From NCBI GenBank assembly GCA_035504535.1, contig DATJRS010000112.1, positions 106,631 through 170,630 on the forward strand: a stretch of 64,000 bases of DNA, written 5' to 3'. Below the pieces are notes generated by a model. The model was given only the letters and a program-made list of their open reading frames with translations, searched no databases and was not told where the DNA came from. The translations under genes and the position numbers were made by a program. Each line of letters starts with the position of its first letter. Position 1 is the first letter of the stretch. Below, in pieces: positions 1 through 9,455 of this stretch. Source of the DNA: Solirubrobacteraceae bacterium. Lineage in GTDB: Bacteria > Actinomycetota > Thermoleophilia > Solirubrobacterales > Solirubrobacteraceae.

Positions 1-2
1 CG

Positions 3-344
3 GTGACCGCGGTCACCCTGATTCTCGCGCTGGTGACGATGCTGACAATCACGACCGTAGTGCCGGGTGTCACCGCGCTCGACGCAGGGCTGCTGAGCGC
101 CGGGGCGCTCGGGTTGTGCGGCATTGCCCTGGGCGCGACGTTGCGCGGCGCGCGGCCGCCACGGTCGCTGTCGGGGACGATGACGGCCTGGCAGCGGCGG
201 ACCTGGAGCTCGCCGATGCTCGAGCTCGTGCCCGCCGCGCCCGCCACCCGCGCCCGGCTGCTCGCGCTGGCCCTGCTGCGGGCCTACACGCTGATCATGA
301 TCGCGCTGCTGGCCGCCCGGCTCGGGAGGCTGATCGCCGGCTGA
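3..344 (+). CDS. C-terminal part of NRAMP-family divalent metal transporter (5' end outside window)
   Basis: Hydrophobic helices; tail TWSSPMLELV...LLRAYTLIMIALL matches the tail of the downstream paralog (SWTMPALELL...ALRGYLVIAVLML). Confidence 0.75.
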   Translation: MTAVTLILALVTMLTITTVVPGVTALDAGLLSAGALGLCGIALGATLRGARPPRSLSGTMTAWQRRTWSSPMLELVPAAPATRARLLALALLRAYTLIMIALLAARLGRLIAG

Positions 345-358
345 TCTGCCCTCCGTCC

Positions 359-394
359 GGGACCAAACCCCGACATAGTCGGAGTTTCATCCCA
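359..394. repeat. REP-like imperfect palindrome, family A copy 1
   Basis: GGGACCAAACCCCGACATAGTCGGAGTTTCATCCCA, similar to 2437-2477 and 51538-51576. Confidence 0.65.
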
Positions 395-499
395 CGCTCT
401 CCGGCCCTCCCGGGCTTGAGCAACCCTGCCGATGAATGATAGACTGTTCATGTATGGCGAATACGGACGAACCCCGAAGTAGTTTCCCCTCCGCGTTCG

Positions 500-730
500 C
501 CTGCGGCGTCCTCTAGAGCTGACCTCTGGCAGTGACCTCCGCGGGTGGCGGAGAGCCAACCCGCAATAACCAGCGAGGACGCGATGCCTGACTTAGCCAA
601 CGGTCCAAGTACGAGCGCGGCCACGCGCTCCCCCGGGCTGCCGTTGGCCTGAGCCAGGCCGGTGACCTCTCGGGTGGGCGCGCCGCCCCGCAAGCGGCCA
701 GCCCCACCCTTGAATGAAACGGAGGTCACC
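500..730 (+). promoter_or_regulatory. Candidate structured cis-regulatory leader (riboswitch-like) with anti-RBS
   Basis: Stems: GCGTCCTC 506-513/GAGGACGC 575-582; hairpin 541-564 with GGAGA loop; GCCAACGG 596-603/CCGTTGGC 641-648; GAGCGCG 613-619/CGCGCTC 624-630; GTGACCTCC 532-540 and GGTGACCTCT 661-670 are complementary to the RBS GGAGGTCACC 721-730. Confidence 0.6.
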
Positions 731-2413
731 ATGAACACCACAACCCTCGCCACCACCAGCCCCGCTGTGCTCGCCCCGCCGGGCCGCCGGAACGTGCTCG
801 ACGACGCGCACGTCGGCGACATCCACGGCGCGCTGGGCACGCTGCGCCAGCACGAGTCCTCGCCGCGCTCACGCCGCCGGCGGCTGCTGGCCCTGCTGGC
901 CATCATGGGCCCGGGCCTGATCGTGATGGTCGGCGACAACGACGCGGGCGGCGTCGCCACCTACGCCCAGGCGGGCCAGAACTACAAGCTGACGCTGCTC
1001 TGGACGCTGCTCCTGCTGATCCCGGTGCTGATCGTCAACCAGGAGATGGTGGTCCGCCTCGGCGCGGTCACCGGCGTCGGCCACGCGCGGCTGATCATCG
1101 AGCGCTTCGGAAAGTTCTGGGGGGCGTTCTCGGTCGGGGACCTGGTCATCCTCAACTTCCTCACCATCGTCACCGAGTTCATCGGCGTCAGCCTCGCGCT
1201 TGGCTACTTCGGCGTGAGCAAGTACATCGCGGTTCCGGTGGCTGCCGGGGCGCTGATCGCGATGACCATGACCGGCAGCTTCCGGCGCTGGGAGCGCTTC
1301 ATGTACGTGTTCGTGGTGACCAACTTCATCGCGATCCCGCTGGCGATCCTCAGCCATCCACATCTTCAGCCGATCCTGCACGCTGCGGTGACGCCCGGCG
1401 TCCAGGGCGGCTTCAACTCGACCTCGATGCTGCTGATCATCGCCATCGTCGGCACCACGGTCGCGCCCTGGCAGCTGTTCTTCCAGCAGTCCAACGTGAT
1501 CGACAAGCGGATCACTCCGCGCTGGATCAACTACGAGCGCGCCGACACCATGATCGGCTCGGTCGTCGTGATCCTGGGCGCCGCCGCGCTGATGATCGCC
1601 GTCGCGTTCGCTTTCGGCGGCACCAGGCTGCAGGGCCAGTTCGCCGATGCCGGCACCGTGGCCACGGGCCTCGCCCGCACGCTCGGCCCCGCCGCCGGCG
1701 CACTGTTCGCGATCGCGCTCCTGAACGCGGCGATCATCGGCGCCGCCGCCGTCACGCTCGCGAGCTCCTACGCGTTCGGCGACGTGCTCCGCCGCCCCCA
1801 CTCGCTGCACCACGGCCTCAGCAAGGCCGGCCTGTTCCACGGCAGCTACGCCGCGATGGTCGTCCTCGCGGCGACGATCGTGCTGATCCCGGGTGCGCCG
1901 CTGGGCACGATCACCACCGCGGTGCAGGCCCTCGCCGGCGTGCTGCTGCCCAGCGCCACCGTGTTCCTGCTTCTGCTCTGCAACGACAAGGCGGTGCTCG
2001 GCCCGTGGACCAACCCGGGGTGGCTGAACGCGGTCGCGGCCGCGATCGTCGGCGTGCTCGTCGGCCTCTCGGCGATCCTGACCGTCACCGTCCTGTTCCC
2101 GCAGATCGATGTGACGCTCCTGACCGAGGTTCTGTTCGGCGTGCTTGCCGCCGGACTCGCCGCCGCCGGGCTGTACGTCGGCTACGGCCGCCGTCGCGAC
2201 GCCGAACCGCTCGATCTCCCCGTGGGGGCGCGGCGCACGCAGCCTCCGGCCGCCGCCGGTCGCGAGAGCTGGACCATGCCGGCGCTCGAGCTGCTCGAGC
2301 GTCCGACCTGGTCGCGCGCCCGCACGATCGGGATGTACGCGCTGCGCGGTTACCTCGTGATCGCGGTGCTGATGCTGATCGTCAAGGCGATCGAGGTCGG
2401 CATCACCCACTGA
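731..2413 (+). CDS. NRAMP-family divalent metal transporter, probable Mg2+-type (NRMT-like)
   Basis: GPGLIVMVGDNDAGG, QEMVVRLGAVTGVGH, GTTVAPWQLFFQQS motifs; multiple TM helices; GGAGG RBS before ATG 731. Confidence 0.88.
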   Translation: MNTTTLATTSPAVLAPPGRRNVLDDAHVGDIHGALGTLRQHESSPRSRRRRLLALLAIMGPGLIVMVGDNDAGGVATYAQAGQNYKLTLLWTLLLLIPVLIVNQEMVVRLGAVTGVGHARLIIERFGKFWGAFSVGDLVILNFLTIVTEFIGVSLALGYFGVSKYIAVPVAAGALIAMTMTGSFRRWERFMYVFVVTNFIAIPLAILSHPHLQPILHAAVTPGVQGGFNSTSMLLIIAIVGTTVAPWQLFFQQSNVIDKRITPRWINYERADTMIGSVVVILGAAALMIAVAFAFGGTRLQGQFADAGTVATGLARTLGPAAGALFAIALLNAAIIGAAAVTLASSYAFGDVLRRPHSLHHGLSKAGLFHGSYAAMVVLAATIVLIPGAPLGTITTAVQALAGVLLPSATVFLLLLCNDKAVLGPWTNPGWLNAVAAAIVGVLVGLSAILTVTVLFPQIDVTLLTEVLFGVLAAGLAAAGLYVGYGRRRDAEPLDLPVGARRTQPPAAAGRESWTMPALELLERPTWSRARTIGMYALRGYLVIAVLMLIVKAIEVGITH

Positions 2414-2436
2414 CCGGGGCGCCGGCCGGTGAGGCG

Positions 2437-2477
2437 CTTGGGATGAAACTCGGACATGTTCGGAGTTTCATCCCAAG
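2437..2477. repeat. REP-like palindrome family A copy 2 / bidirectional terminator
   Basis: Perfect 15-bp arms CTTGGGATGAAACTC...GAGTTTCATCCCAAG between convergent genes. Confidence 0.75.
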
Positions 2478-3223
2478 AAGCCGACGATCTCGTCGGCCAG
2501 GTCGGCCGACACCAGCGCGCTCCAATGATCGCCCGGCACCAGCCGTAGCTCGCCCCGCGGAAACACGGCGGCGAGATCCTCGACCGAACCACGCGCGGTG
2601 TCGGCGTCCCCGGCGATCACCAGGGTCGGCACGTCCACCCTGGCCAACAGATCGCGCGGCGTGTCGACGAACGTATCGAGGACGTGAATCAGCGCGACCG
2701 GGTCCGCGCCGGCGCTGAGGAGGTACTCCTCGAACTGCGCCTCAGACGAGCCCGGCTCGAAGGTGCCCAGGTTGCTCAGGATTCCCCGGTAGACGCCGCC
2801 GCGCCCAGCGGCGCGGACGATCGGCTCCAGGCCCGTCCCGGCCAGCACCGCGCGCCCGGGGGCCGCGCCGAGCGCGAGCATCCGCGCGGCGATGCGGGCG
2901 CCCAGCGAATAGCCGCCGAGGTCGTAGTCGGCGAGCTCCAGGTGCGCGACCAGCGCGAGCCCGTCGGCGGTGAGCGAGTCGGCCGGGTAGGAATCCGGAT
3001 CGCGCGGCTTTGAGCTCGCGCCGTGACCGCGCATGTCCGGCATGATCACCCGCCGCCCGTTGGCGGCGAGCCGCCCGGCGATCCCCGTCTGGATCCACGT
3101 GTCCCCGGCCGAGGAGGTATAGCCATGGAGCAGCACGACGGGACGTCCGGTCCCGAGCTCGTGGTAGGCCAGCGTCAGGCCGTCGCCGGCCGGGAACGTG
3201 TGGGTGGCCAGCTCGCTCGTCAC
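2468..3223 (-). CDS. Alpha/beta hydrolase
   Basis: VVLLHGY, DMRGHGAS, nucleophile elbow GYSLG, C-terminal GDH; GTG start 3223 assumed. Confidence 0.88.
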   Translation of the reverse strand: MTSELATHTFPAGDGLTLAYHELGTGRPVVLLHGYTSSAGDTWIQTGIAGRLAANGRRVIMPDMRGHGASSKPRDPDSYPADSLTADGLALVAHLELADYDLGGYSLGARIAARMLALGAAPGRAVLAGTGLEPIVRAAGRGGVYRGILSNLGTFEPGSSEAQFEEYLLSAGADPVALIHVLDTFVDTPRDLLARVDVPTLVIAGDADTARGSVEDLAAVFPRGELRLVPGDHWSALVSADLADEIVGFLG

Positions 3224-3271
3224 TCGCGAGCCGGGCACCCGGTCAGCGCATCAGAGCACCCGGTCAGCGCA

Positions 3272-3760
3272 TCAGCCAAACCAACGCGAAGCGCCGGCGT
3301 ACTCGCGCCTGGCGAATCGCTCGCCCGTGATCCGCGGCGCACGCGTCATGAGTTGCTCATCCTCCCCTATCGAGGCCAGCATCAACTCGGCCTTGCTGAA
3401 CCGGCCGGAGATTGCCGCGTGGACTCGGTACAGGAGTATCTGGACCTGCGCGCCATCCGCCGGATTCGCGCGGGCGAGCTCATCGAGCGGCCCCAGAATC
3501 GCATCGTGGTCCGCCGCCCCGAGCTTCACATCCGCCACCGCGGGAGTGCTGAGCACACCGCCGCCATCGTCGAGCAGCGCCTCGCGACCCGCGCAGTCCC
3601 GGTCTGACTGCGGCAGCACGCGATCGCGGACCAGCTCCACCACGCCCGCGATCACCTCGGTGCGCTGCGCGGGAGTGAGCAGCCTCGACTGGCGAGCCAT
3701 GATCGGAATCTGCTCGATCTCATCCAGCAGCGTGACGTACTGCGAGAACACATCGGTCAT
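3272..3760 (-). CDS. Hypothetical helical protein, degenerate hemerythrin-like
   Basis: AGGAG RBS; pattern VRDRVLPQ...DHDAI...LLYRVHAAISGRFSKAE recalls hemerythrin-like LPH..EE / H / LH...HF.KEE with most ligands lost. Confidence 0.55.
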   Translation of the reverse strand: MTDVFSQYVTLLDEIEQIPIMARQSRLLTPAQRTEVIAGVVELVRDRVLPQSDRDCAGREALLDDGGGVLSTPAVADVKLGAADHDAILGPLDELARANPADGAQVQILLYRVHAAISGRFSKAELMLASIGEDEQLMTRAPRITGERFARREYAGASRWFG

Positions 3761-3890
3761 TTCCAGCTCCTGAGGTCGCGGGCCGCCTCCGTCCGAAAGT
3801 GTGTCATTCGCCGCGCCACAGTCAACCCGAGTTATCAGGATCTGCACAGAGGAGAAGACCACGGGGCGCACCCGGGTAAACCACGGAGCC

Positions 3891-4655
3891 TTACTTCTCT
3901 TCGGGCTCCTCGTACCAGCGCATGCGATCCCCCACCCGCGCCCGGACGCGCCACTTGGTCGACTTGGGCTCAGCGTCGACCTGCTCGCTGAGCGTGCCCA
4001 ATCTGCGCCTGGCGTCCGCCAGCCAGGCCGCCGGAGCGTCCAGCCCGTCGAGCGCGGTGCCGATCCGCGCCAGGTTCTCGGTGCTCGTGCGCCACAGACC
4101 CCAGTCTCGGGCGCACAGCGACGCGATGCGGGCGCCGTCGATCGCCCCGTCGTCGTCGCCCGTGACCTCGTAACTCATCAGCAGCATCACGGCGTCAGCC
4201 ACATCCTTGTCGGTCAGCCGCACGATCTGCAGCTTGGTCAGCATCAGATCGGACAGGAGCAGGGTCCGGCTGCCTCGCCTCTCGGCCTCCTCGAGCCCCA
4301 GCGGGACGACGTGGCACATCTCGAAGTCCTCAACGAACACGTCGACGTCGCGGCGGCGCTGGCGGTCGGCGAACACGAGCCGCGTCCGCCCGTTCATCGC
4401 GTTGAACGCGACGTCCTCGACATACCCGTTCGCCGCCATCAACCCGACCAGGCTGCCTGACGCCCGGCGCGCGATCACGATGTCTATGTCGCCGCACTCG
4501 CGCGCGAACACGGCGCGCACCGGGGGCGGAACCCGCTCGGCCACGGCCAGGCCTCCGAGCAGGCGAGCATGGATCCCGGCGTTCCAGGCGGCCGAGACCA
4601 GGCGACGCGCCTCGAGCTCGATGTCCGCCTCGGTTACGAGTGTCTCGGTCACCAT
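3891..4655 (-). CDS. Uncharacterised Pol-beta-superfamily nucleotidyltransferase-like protein
   Basis: RLLGGLAV...RECGDIDIV (hGG...DxD), third acidic strand DVDVF, LMLTKLQ...KDVAD helix. Confidence 0.75.
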   Translation of the reverse strand: MVTETLVTEADIELEARRLVSAAWNAGIHARLLGGLAVAERVPPPVRAVFARECGDIDIVIARRASGSLVGLMAANGYVEDVAFNAMNGRTRLVFADRQRRRDVDVFVEDFEMCHVVPLGLEEAERRGSRTLLLSDLMLTKLQIVRLTDKDVADAVMLLMSYEVTGDDDGAIDGARIASLCARDWGLWRTSTENLARIGTALDGLDAPAAWLADARRRLGTLSEQVDAEPKSTKWRVRARVGDRMRWYEEPEEK

Positions 4656-4662
4656 CGCCCCA

Positions 4663-5643
4663 CTAGCCGTTCACGAATTGGTGGCTCAGCACCTTCCCGT
4701 CGGCGATCGTCACGATCGCGCCCACGAGTGTCCCCTTGGCGTACTCGCTCCCCGGGTTCAGGCACTGCGTGCGCCCGATCGCGACCCGGCCGCCGCCCTC
4801 GTGGACGTGCCCGTGGAGCGTGAGCAGCGGCTGGTGGTTCTCGATGAATCGCCTCACCGCGGTGGACCCGACCGGGACCATCCGCACGCCGCCCATCCCG
4901 TCGAACTGAATCCGCAATTCGCCATTCAGCTCGGGCGCGTAGTCGAGGTGAGAGTCGAACGGTGGCGGGTGGATCACGGCGACGAGGTTCTCGACGTCCT
5001 CGACGTGGGAGACCATCTCCTCCAGGCGCTGCTCGAGCGCATCCTCGGGCAGCTCGCGCTCGGTGTTCCACGGCGTCGGGTTCGAGTAGCCGGTCGTGAT
5101 CATCGCGTGCCCGTCGCAGAGCTCCACGGCCTTGCCCTCGACGAACTCGACGACGCTTGAGCCCTGCAGTGCCCGGTCGATCTCGAAGAAGTCGTCGTTG
5201 CCCGGCGCCACGAACACGCGCTGACCCGTGCCGGACAGGAACTCCTCGGCGAACGTGACCCAGTCGACCACGGTGTCATAGACGATCTTGCGAAACCGCC
5301 GCTCCAGACACTCGGGATCGCCCAGCTCGGCGAGCTCGTCCTCGCTCCCGACCACCGGATAATCGCCGCCGACGCGGATCAGCCGCTTGACCTCGACCAG
5401 CTCGCGGTCGTCGACGCTCTCGAACCGCTGATCCCGGAGGCGACACGAGTACATGCCGTCCGAGTGGCGCGTGATCGGGACGATCTGCTTCCCGGTCATG
5501 TCGCCCCCCAGAATCAGGAACTGACAGCGATAGAAGTTGCCGGCGTTGATGAACTTCCGGAAGCACGGCTCGGAGCCGTGGATGTCGGTCGCGAAGAACA
5601 GCCGGGTGCTCGCAACCTTGGGCTGGCGGCCGAACAGGCCCAT
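4663..5643 (-). CDS. Calcineurin-like metallophosphoesterase (Icc-related, GNDD variant)
   Basis: TDIHG, GGD, PGNDD, IHPPP, GHVHE, NPGS motifs. Confidence 0.9.
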   Translation of the reverse strand: MGLFGRQPKVASTRLFFATDIHGSEPCFRKFINAGNFYRCQFLILGGDMTGKQIVPITRHSDGMYSCRLRDQRFESVDDRELVEVKRLIRVGGDYPVVGSEDELAELGDPECLERRFRKIVYDTVVDWVTFAEEFLSGTGQRVFVAPGNDDFFEIDRALQGSSVVEFVEGKAVELCDGHAMITTGYSNPTPWNTERELPEDALEQRLEEMVSHVEDVENLVAVIHPPPFDSHLDYAPELNGELRIQFDGMGGVRMVPVGSTAVRRFIENHQPLLTLHGHVHEGGGRVAIGRTQCLNPGSEYAKGTLVGAIVTIADGKVLSHQFVNG

Positions 5644-5646
5644 GAG

Positions 5647-7317
5647 CTACGCGGGCGGAATCGTCTTGTACACGAGGTCGAGCTCCACTCCGTTGCGCCG
5701 ACGCACCGCCCGCACCGCGTAGTAGTACACGGCCGCGATCGCGAAGCCAATCACCGGCAGCAGCAGGGTGAGCGCGACGTGCTTGATGCCGAGGTTGGAG
5801 GCGAACACGCCGACGAGCACGAACGCGAGGATCCCGACGGCCACCGTGCCGAGGCCGGCCACCACGATCACCGGGATCCCGGCGATCTTCCAGTCGGACG
5901 GGCTCGCGCGATAGATGTCCGGCCGGAACCACGGCATCACGACCGCCGCGACCCCGGTGACGATCACCGGCACGAACAGCAGCAGCGTGAACGTCGAGAT
6001 CAGGCTGAAGATGCTCTTGCTGCTCCAGCATGCCCAGGCCGCCGCGGCCAATCCCAGCCCGCACGCGAGCAGAATCGAGACGACCGGGGTGTTGGTGCGC
6101 CGGTCCACCGCCGCCACCTTGGCCGGGATCAACCCGTCGAACGCCCACGCGAACGGCGCTCGCTGGACCATGTTGAGGTTGCCGGCGTACAGCGCCACCG
6201 GGAACCACCCGATGAACGCCACACCGAGCACGATCGCCAGGAACGTGCCCCCGCCGGCCGCGATCGAGGCGAAGAAATGCAGGAACGGGGTCACGCCGAC
6301 CGGGTAGTAGCCGTTCGAGGACGCGGCGACGAAGTCATAGCCCGCGGTGTGGAGGTAGATCGCCGCCGAGACCAGCACCAGGATCCCGCCGAACGCCCCG
6401 CCGCCGACCATCGCCCCGAGTTGCCGCGAGCGGCGCCCCGAGCCCTTCATCTCGCCCGCCATGTACGTACTGCTCCAGAACGCGAACATGGTGTAGCCGA
6501 GAACGACGAACACGGCTCCCATGGTGTTCTTGAACGAGTAGCCGCCGCCCGTCGCGAGGCCACCCTTCGCGCCCGCGGCGATCGTCGCCTGATACGCGTT
6601 GCCCTTGCCGGTAATCGACTTGGTGTACGCGTTGACGTCGTGGATAAAGCCCGCCCTCGTCTTGAACAGCAGAATCAGAATCGACACCCCGAAGGCCACG
6701 AACGCGATCCCGTACAGCCACACCATGACGCGAGTGACCTTCTTAGTGCCGGTCAGCGACAGGAGAGACAGCACGACCAGCGTTCCGCCGGCGATCGCGA
6801 ACGCGGGCCAGCCGGTCGAGACGGTCGTCCCCGCCGTCACCCACCACTTGTTACCGGTGACGACACCGATGATCGTCATCGCCGGACCAACCGCTACCGA
6901 GGCCACGAAGTACGCCGCGGTACCCGCAGCGAGCACGGATCCGACATATGTCGCCAGATTCGAGCCCATGCCGATGATCGGGTGCAGCAGACGCGACCCG
7001 TACAGATAGTCACCGCCGACTCTCGGGAGCGTCGCGCTCACCAGCGCGAACGTCACCCACACAAACGCTCCAAGGACGAGCGCGATGACGATCGCCAGAA
7101 GCAGGTTGCAACGTGGGAAGGTCGCCATCGCGAAGAAGATCCCGTACGCCACCGCGATTCCCACCGGATTGCTCGACGACGCGTTCATCAGGAACATGTC
7201 GAGGAACGGAACGTCGCGGACCAAGCCGCTCGACTTCCGCACGTAGGGTGCGTCCTGAGCTCGGTCCTGCTCTACTGCCGGTAACGCATCGCGCGTGGCG
7301 GTCGCGTTACTAGACAT
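5647..7317 (-). CDS. APC-family permease
   Basis: YVRKSSGLVR, LPRVGGDYLY, YMAGEMK, RAPFAWAFDGLIP...TNTP; about 14 TM segments; AGGAGAGAGG RBS. Confidence 0.9.
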   Translation of the reverse strand: MSSNATATRDALPAVEQDRAQDAPYVRKSSGLVRDVPFLDMFLMNASSSNPVGIAVAYGIFFAMATFPRCNLLLAIVIALVLGAFVWVTFALVSATLPRVGGDYLYGSRLLHPIIGMGSNLATYVGSVLAAGTAAYFVASVAVGPAMTIIGVVTGNKWWVTAGTTVSTGWPAFAIAGGTLVVLSLLSLTGTKKVTRVMVWLYGIAFVAFGVSILILLFKTRAGFIHDVNAYTKSITGKGNAYQATIAAGAKGGLATGGGYSFKNTMGAVFVVLGYTMFAFWSSTYMAGEMKGSGRRSRQLGAMVGGGAFGGILVLVSAAIYLHTAGYDFVAASSNGYYPVGVTPFLHFFASIAAGGGTFLAIVLGVAFIGWFPVALYAGNLNMVQRAPFAWAFDGLIPAKVAAVDRRTNTPVVSILLACGLGLAAAAWACWSSKSIFSLISTFTLLLFVPVIVTGVAAVVMPWFRPDIYRASPSDWKIAGIPVIVVAGLGTVAVGILAFVLVGVFASNLGIKHVALTLLLPVIGFAIAAVYYYAVRAVRRRNGVELDLVYKTIPPA

Positions 7318-7332
7318 TGCACCTCTCCTCTC

Positions 7333-8490
7333 TCATTGCTGTATGCCCGCCACAGCCGGCTCGGTCGGAGTGGGCTGCGGCTTCCCCTCTACTGCGGTAC
7401 GGATGAAGGCCTCGCACAAGGCCAGATCGCGAGCCGCGTCCAGCGCATCGGTCCGCGGCTTGCGGTGCGTGGTGACGCACTCGTAGAAATCGATCAGCTC
7501 GCGCTTGAAGGCAGACTCATAGCTAGCGTGCTCGGTCATTTCCCACGCGCCGGGACCTCCCGGATCTCCTCCTTCTGAGCGAAGCGACGCCGGCGAATTG
7601 CGCAGGAAGGGCGACGGGAAGGTGAGGGCCAGACGCCGGCCCGGCGAGTACAGCGCGAACTCCTCCGCGTAATGCGCAAGATCGGGCAGGTCGACCCAGG
7701 CGAGAACGCACTGGACTTCGCCGAAGCGCAGCGTCGCGGTGAGTGCGCCCGTCGACGGGGTCACCCCCGCGAAGCTCAGCTCCGACGGTTCGCCCAGCAG
7801 CCCGCGCACCGCGTTGAACTCGTGCACGAGGCAGTCGAGCAGGATCACCCGATAGGCCCAGTACATGCCAGGCTCGTCCGCCGCACCGCCGATCGCCCGC
7901 CGGACACGCTCGCGATCGTCGGCCGCGAACGCCTCGCGCTCCTCGAGCGGAACATCAAGCGGCCGGTGCAACGGGTAGTGCGCCACGTACGGATCGATCG
8001 CCGCCTCGAGCGTCGTCACCCGCGCCAGCCGCAGATCGTCGAGCGTCGAGACGAGCTCCGTCATCCGCTCGTAGGCCGGGTCGTAGCGCTTCATGTAGCC
8101 GACCATCAGGCAGCCTTCGGTGCGGTCCACAGCGGCGGCGAGCTCCACCGCCTCCTGGCTCGAGAACGCCAGCGGCTTCTCGGCAAACACGGCCAGGCCG
8201 CGATCGAGCGCCGCGCAGGCGATTGGCGCGTGGCTGCCCGGCGTCAGGATCATCACGGCGTCCAGAGGCTCCTCGACCAGCTCGCGCCAGTCGGCGTATC
8301 GCTGAGCGCGGGGGAAGAAGCGCTCGGCCGAGAAGGCCAGCGCGCCCGGCGACACGTCGCACAGGGCCCGCACGTCAAACCGGTCGGAGAGCTCCCCGAG
8401 ATAGTGGAAGTGAACGGCCTGGGCGACCAGGCCGCACCCGATCACGCCGAGGCGCAGGGGTCCGTGGCCGGCTCCGTCGTGGTCGCTCAT
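7333..8490 (-). CDS. Gfo/Idh/MocA oxidoreductase
   Basis: GVIGCGLVA, AEKP, VGYMKRYDP, DCLVHE. Confidence 0.9.
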   Translation of the reverse strand: MSDHDGAGHGPLRLGVIGCGLVAQAVHFHYLGELSDRFDVRALCDVSPGALAFSAERFFPRAQRYADWRELVEEPLDAVMILTPGSHAPIACAALDRGLAVFAEKPLAFSSQEAVELAAAVDRTEGCLMVGYMKRYDPAYERMTELVSTLDDLRLARVTTLEAAIDPYVAHYPLHRPLDVPLEEREAFAADDRERVRRAIGGAADEPGMYWAYRVILLDCLVHEFNAVRGLLGEPSELSFAGVTPSTGALTATLRFGEVQCVLAWVDLPDLAHYAEEFALYSPGRRLALTFPSPFLRNSPASLRSEGGDPGGPGAWEMTEHASYESAFKRELIDFYECVTTHRKPRTDALDAARDLALCEAFIRTAVEGKPQPTPTEPAVAGIQQ

Positions 8491-9455
8491 CGTCCCCTCC
8501 GGCCCGCGCCGTTTGACGGAGTCGGCGGCGCGGTGGTCGACCGCACGACGAGGCTGGCGGCCAGCGTTACCCGCTCGCTGACGTGGCGGGACTCGGCGAT
8601 CGCGCGCAGCAGCCGCTCGATCACGACCTCGCCCGTGGTCTGCGCATCGAAGTGGACGGTCGTCAGCGCGATCCGGGGATGCGCGGCCATCGGGATGTCG
8701 TCAAACCCGACGATCGAGATGTCCGACGGGACCTCGACCCCCTGGGCCGCGAGCTCTCCGATCAGCCCGATCGCGACCACGTCGTTGCTGCAGCAGATCG
8801 CGGTCGGATCGTCGCCCACGTCGACCAGATCCAGCCCCCTCCGATTGACCGCGGCCCGGAGCGCCGCCGGCCTGCGGTCGACGGCATGGTCGCGCGTGTC
8901 CTGGTACTTGAACGCGATCCGTTCGTGTCCTAATCCGATGAGGTGACCCGCGACGTCGTCCATGACGCTCTCCTCATCGCAATCGACCGCTCCGAGGCGC
9001 GGGTCGTTGTTCGAGAAGCCGACGCAGACCGTGGGAATGTTCCGCTCGAGCAGCTCGTCCGCGATCCGGGAGTACTCGGTCATCGACGGGATGACGACGC
9101 CATCCACCCGGCGCTCGACGAACGCGCGCACATGGGTGGCCTCGAGGTCCCGGTCACCGTTTGAGTTGGCCAGCAGCACCGAATAGCCCGCCTCGCGCGC
9201 GAGCCGCTCGACCGCGAGGGCCAGGATCGAGTAGTACGGGTTGAGCAGATCGGTGAACACAAAGCCGAGCGTGTGCGTCGCCCCCCGCTTCAATGCGCCG
9301 GCGACGGCGTTGGGGCGGTAGCCAAGGTCCGCCATGGCGCGGAGCACCTGGTCGCGGGTCGTCTCCGAGACAGGCCGGGTGCCGCGGACGACGTTGGAGA
9401 CCGTCCCCACCGACACGCCGGCCAGCTTGGCAACGTCGATCATGGTCGCGCTCAC
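8487..9455 (-). CDS. LacI-family transcriptional regulator
   Basis: MIDVAKLAGVSVGTVS HTH, YRPNAVA, VPSDISIVGFDD; GTG start overlaps upstream stop (GTGA). Confidence 0.92.
   Translation of the reverse strand: MSATMIDVAKLAGVSVGTVSNVVRGTRPVSETTRDQVLRAMADLGYRPNAVAGALKRGATHTLGFVFTDLLNPYYSILALAVERLAREAGYSVLLANSNGDRDLEATHVRAFVERRVDGVVIPSMTEYSRIADELLERNIPTVCVGFSNNDPRLGAVDCDEESVMDDVAGHLIGLGHERIAFKYQDTRDHAVDRRPAALRAAVNRRGLDLVDVGDDPTAICCSNDVVAIGLIGELAAQGVEVPSDISIVGFDDIPMAAHPRIALTTVHFDAQTTGEVVIERLLRAIAESRHVSERVTLAASLVVRSTTAPPTPSNGAGRRGR

Noticed and set aside
3891-4655. CBASS cyclase or MNT-HEPN/AbiE antiphage system
   Set aside because: No effector, HEPN or antitoxin partner visible; context is a LacI-repressed catabolic operon
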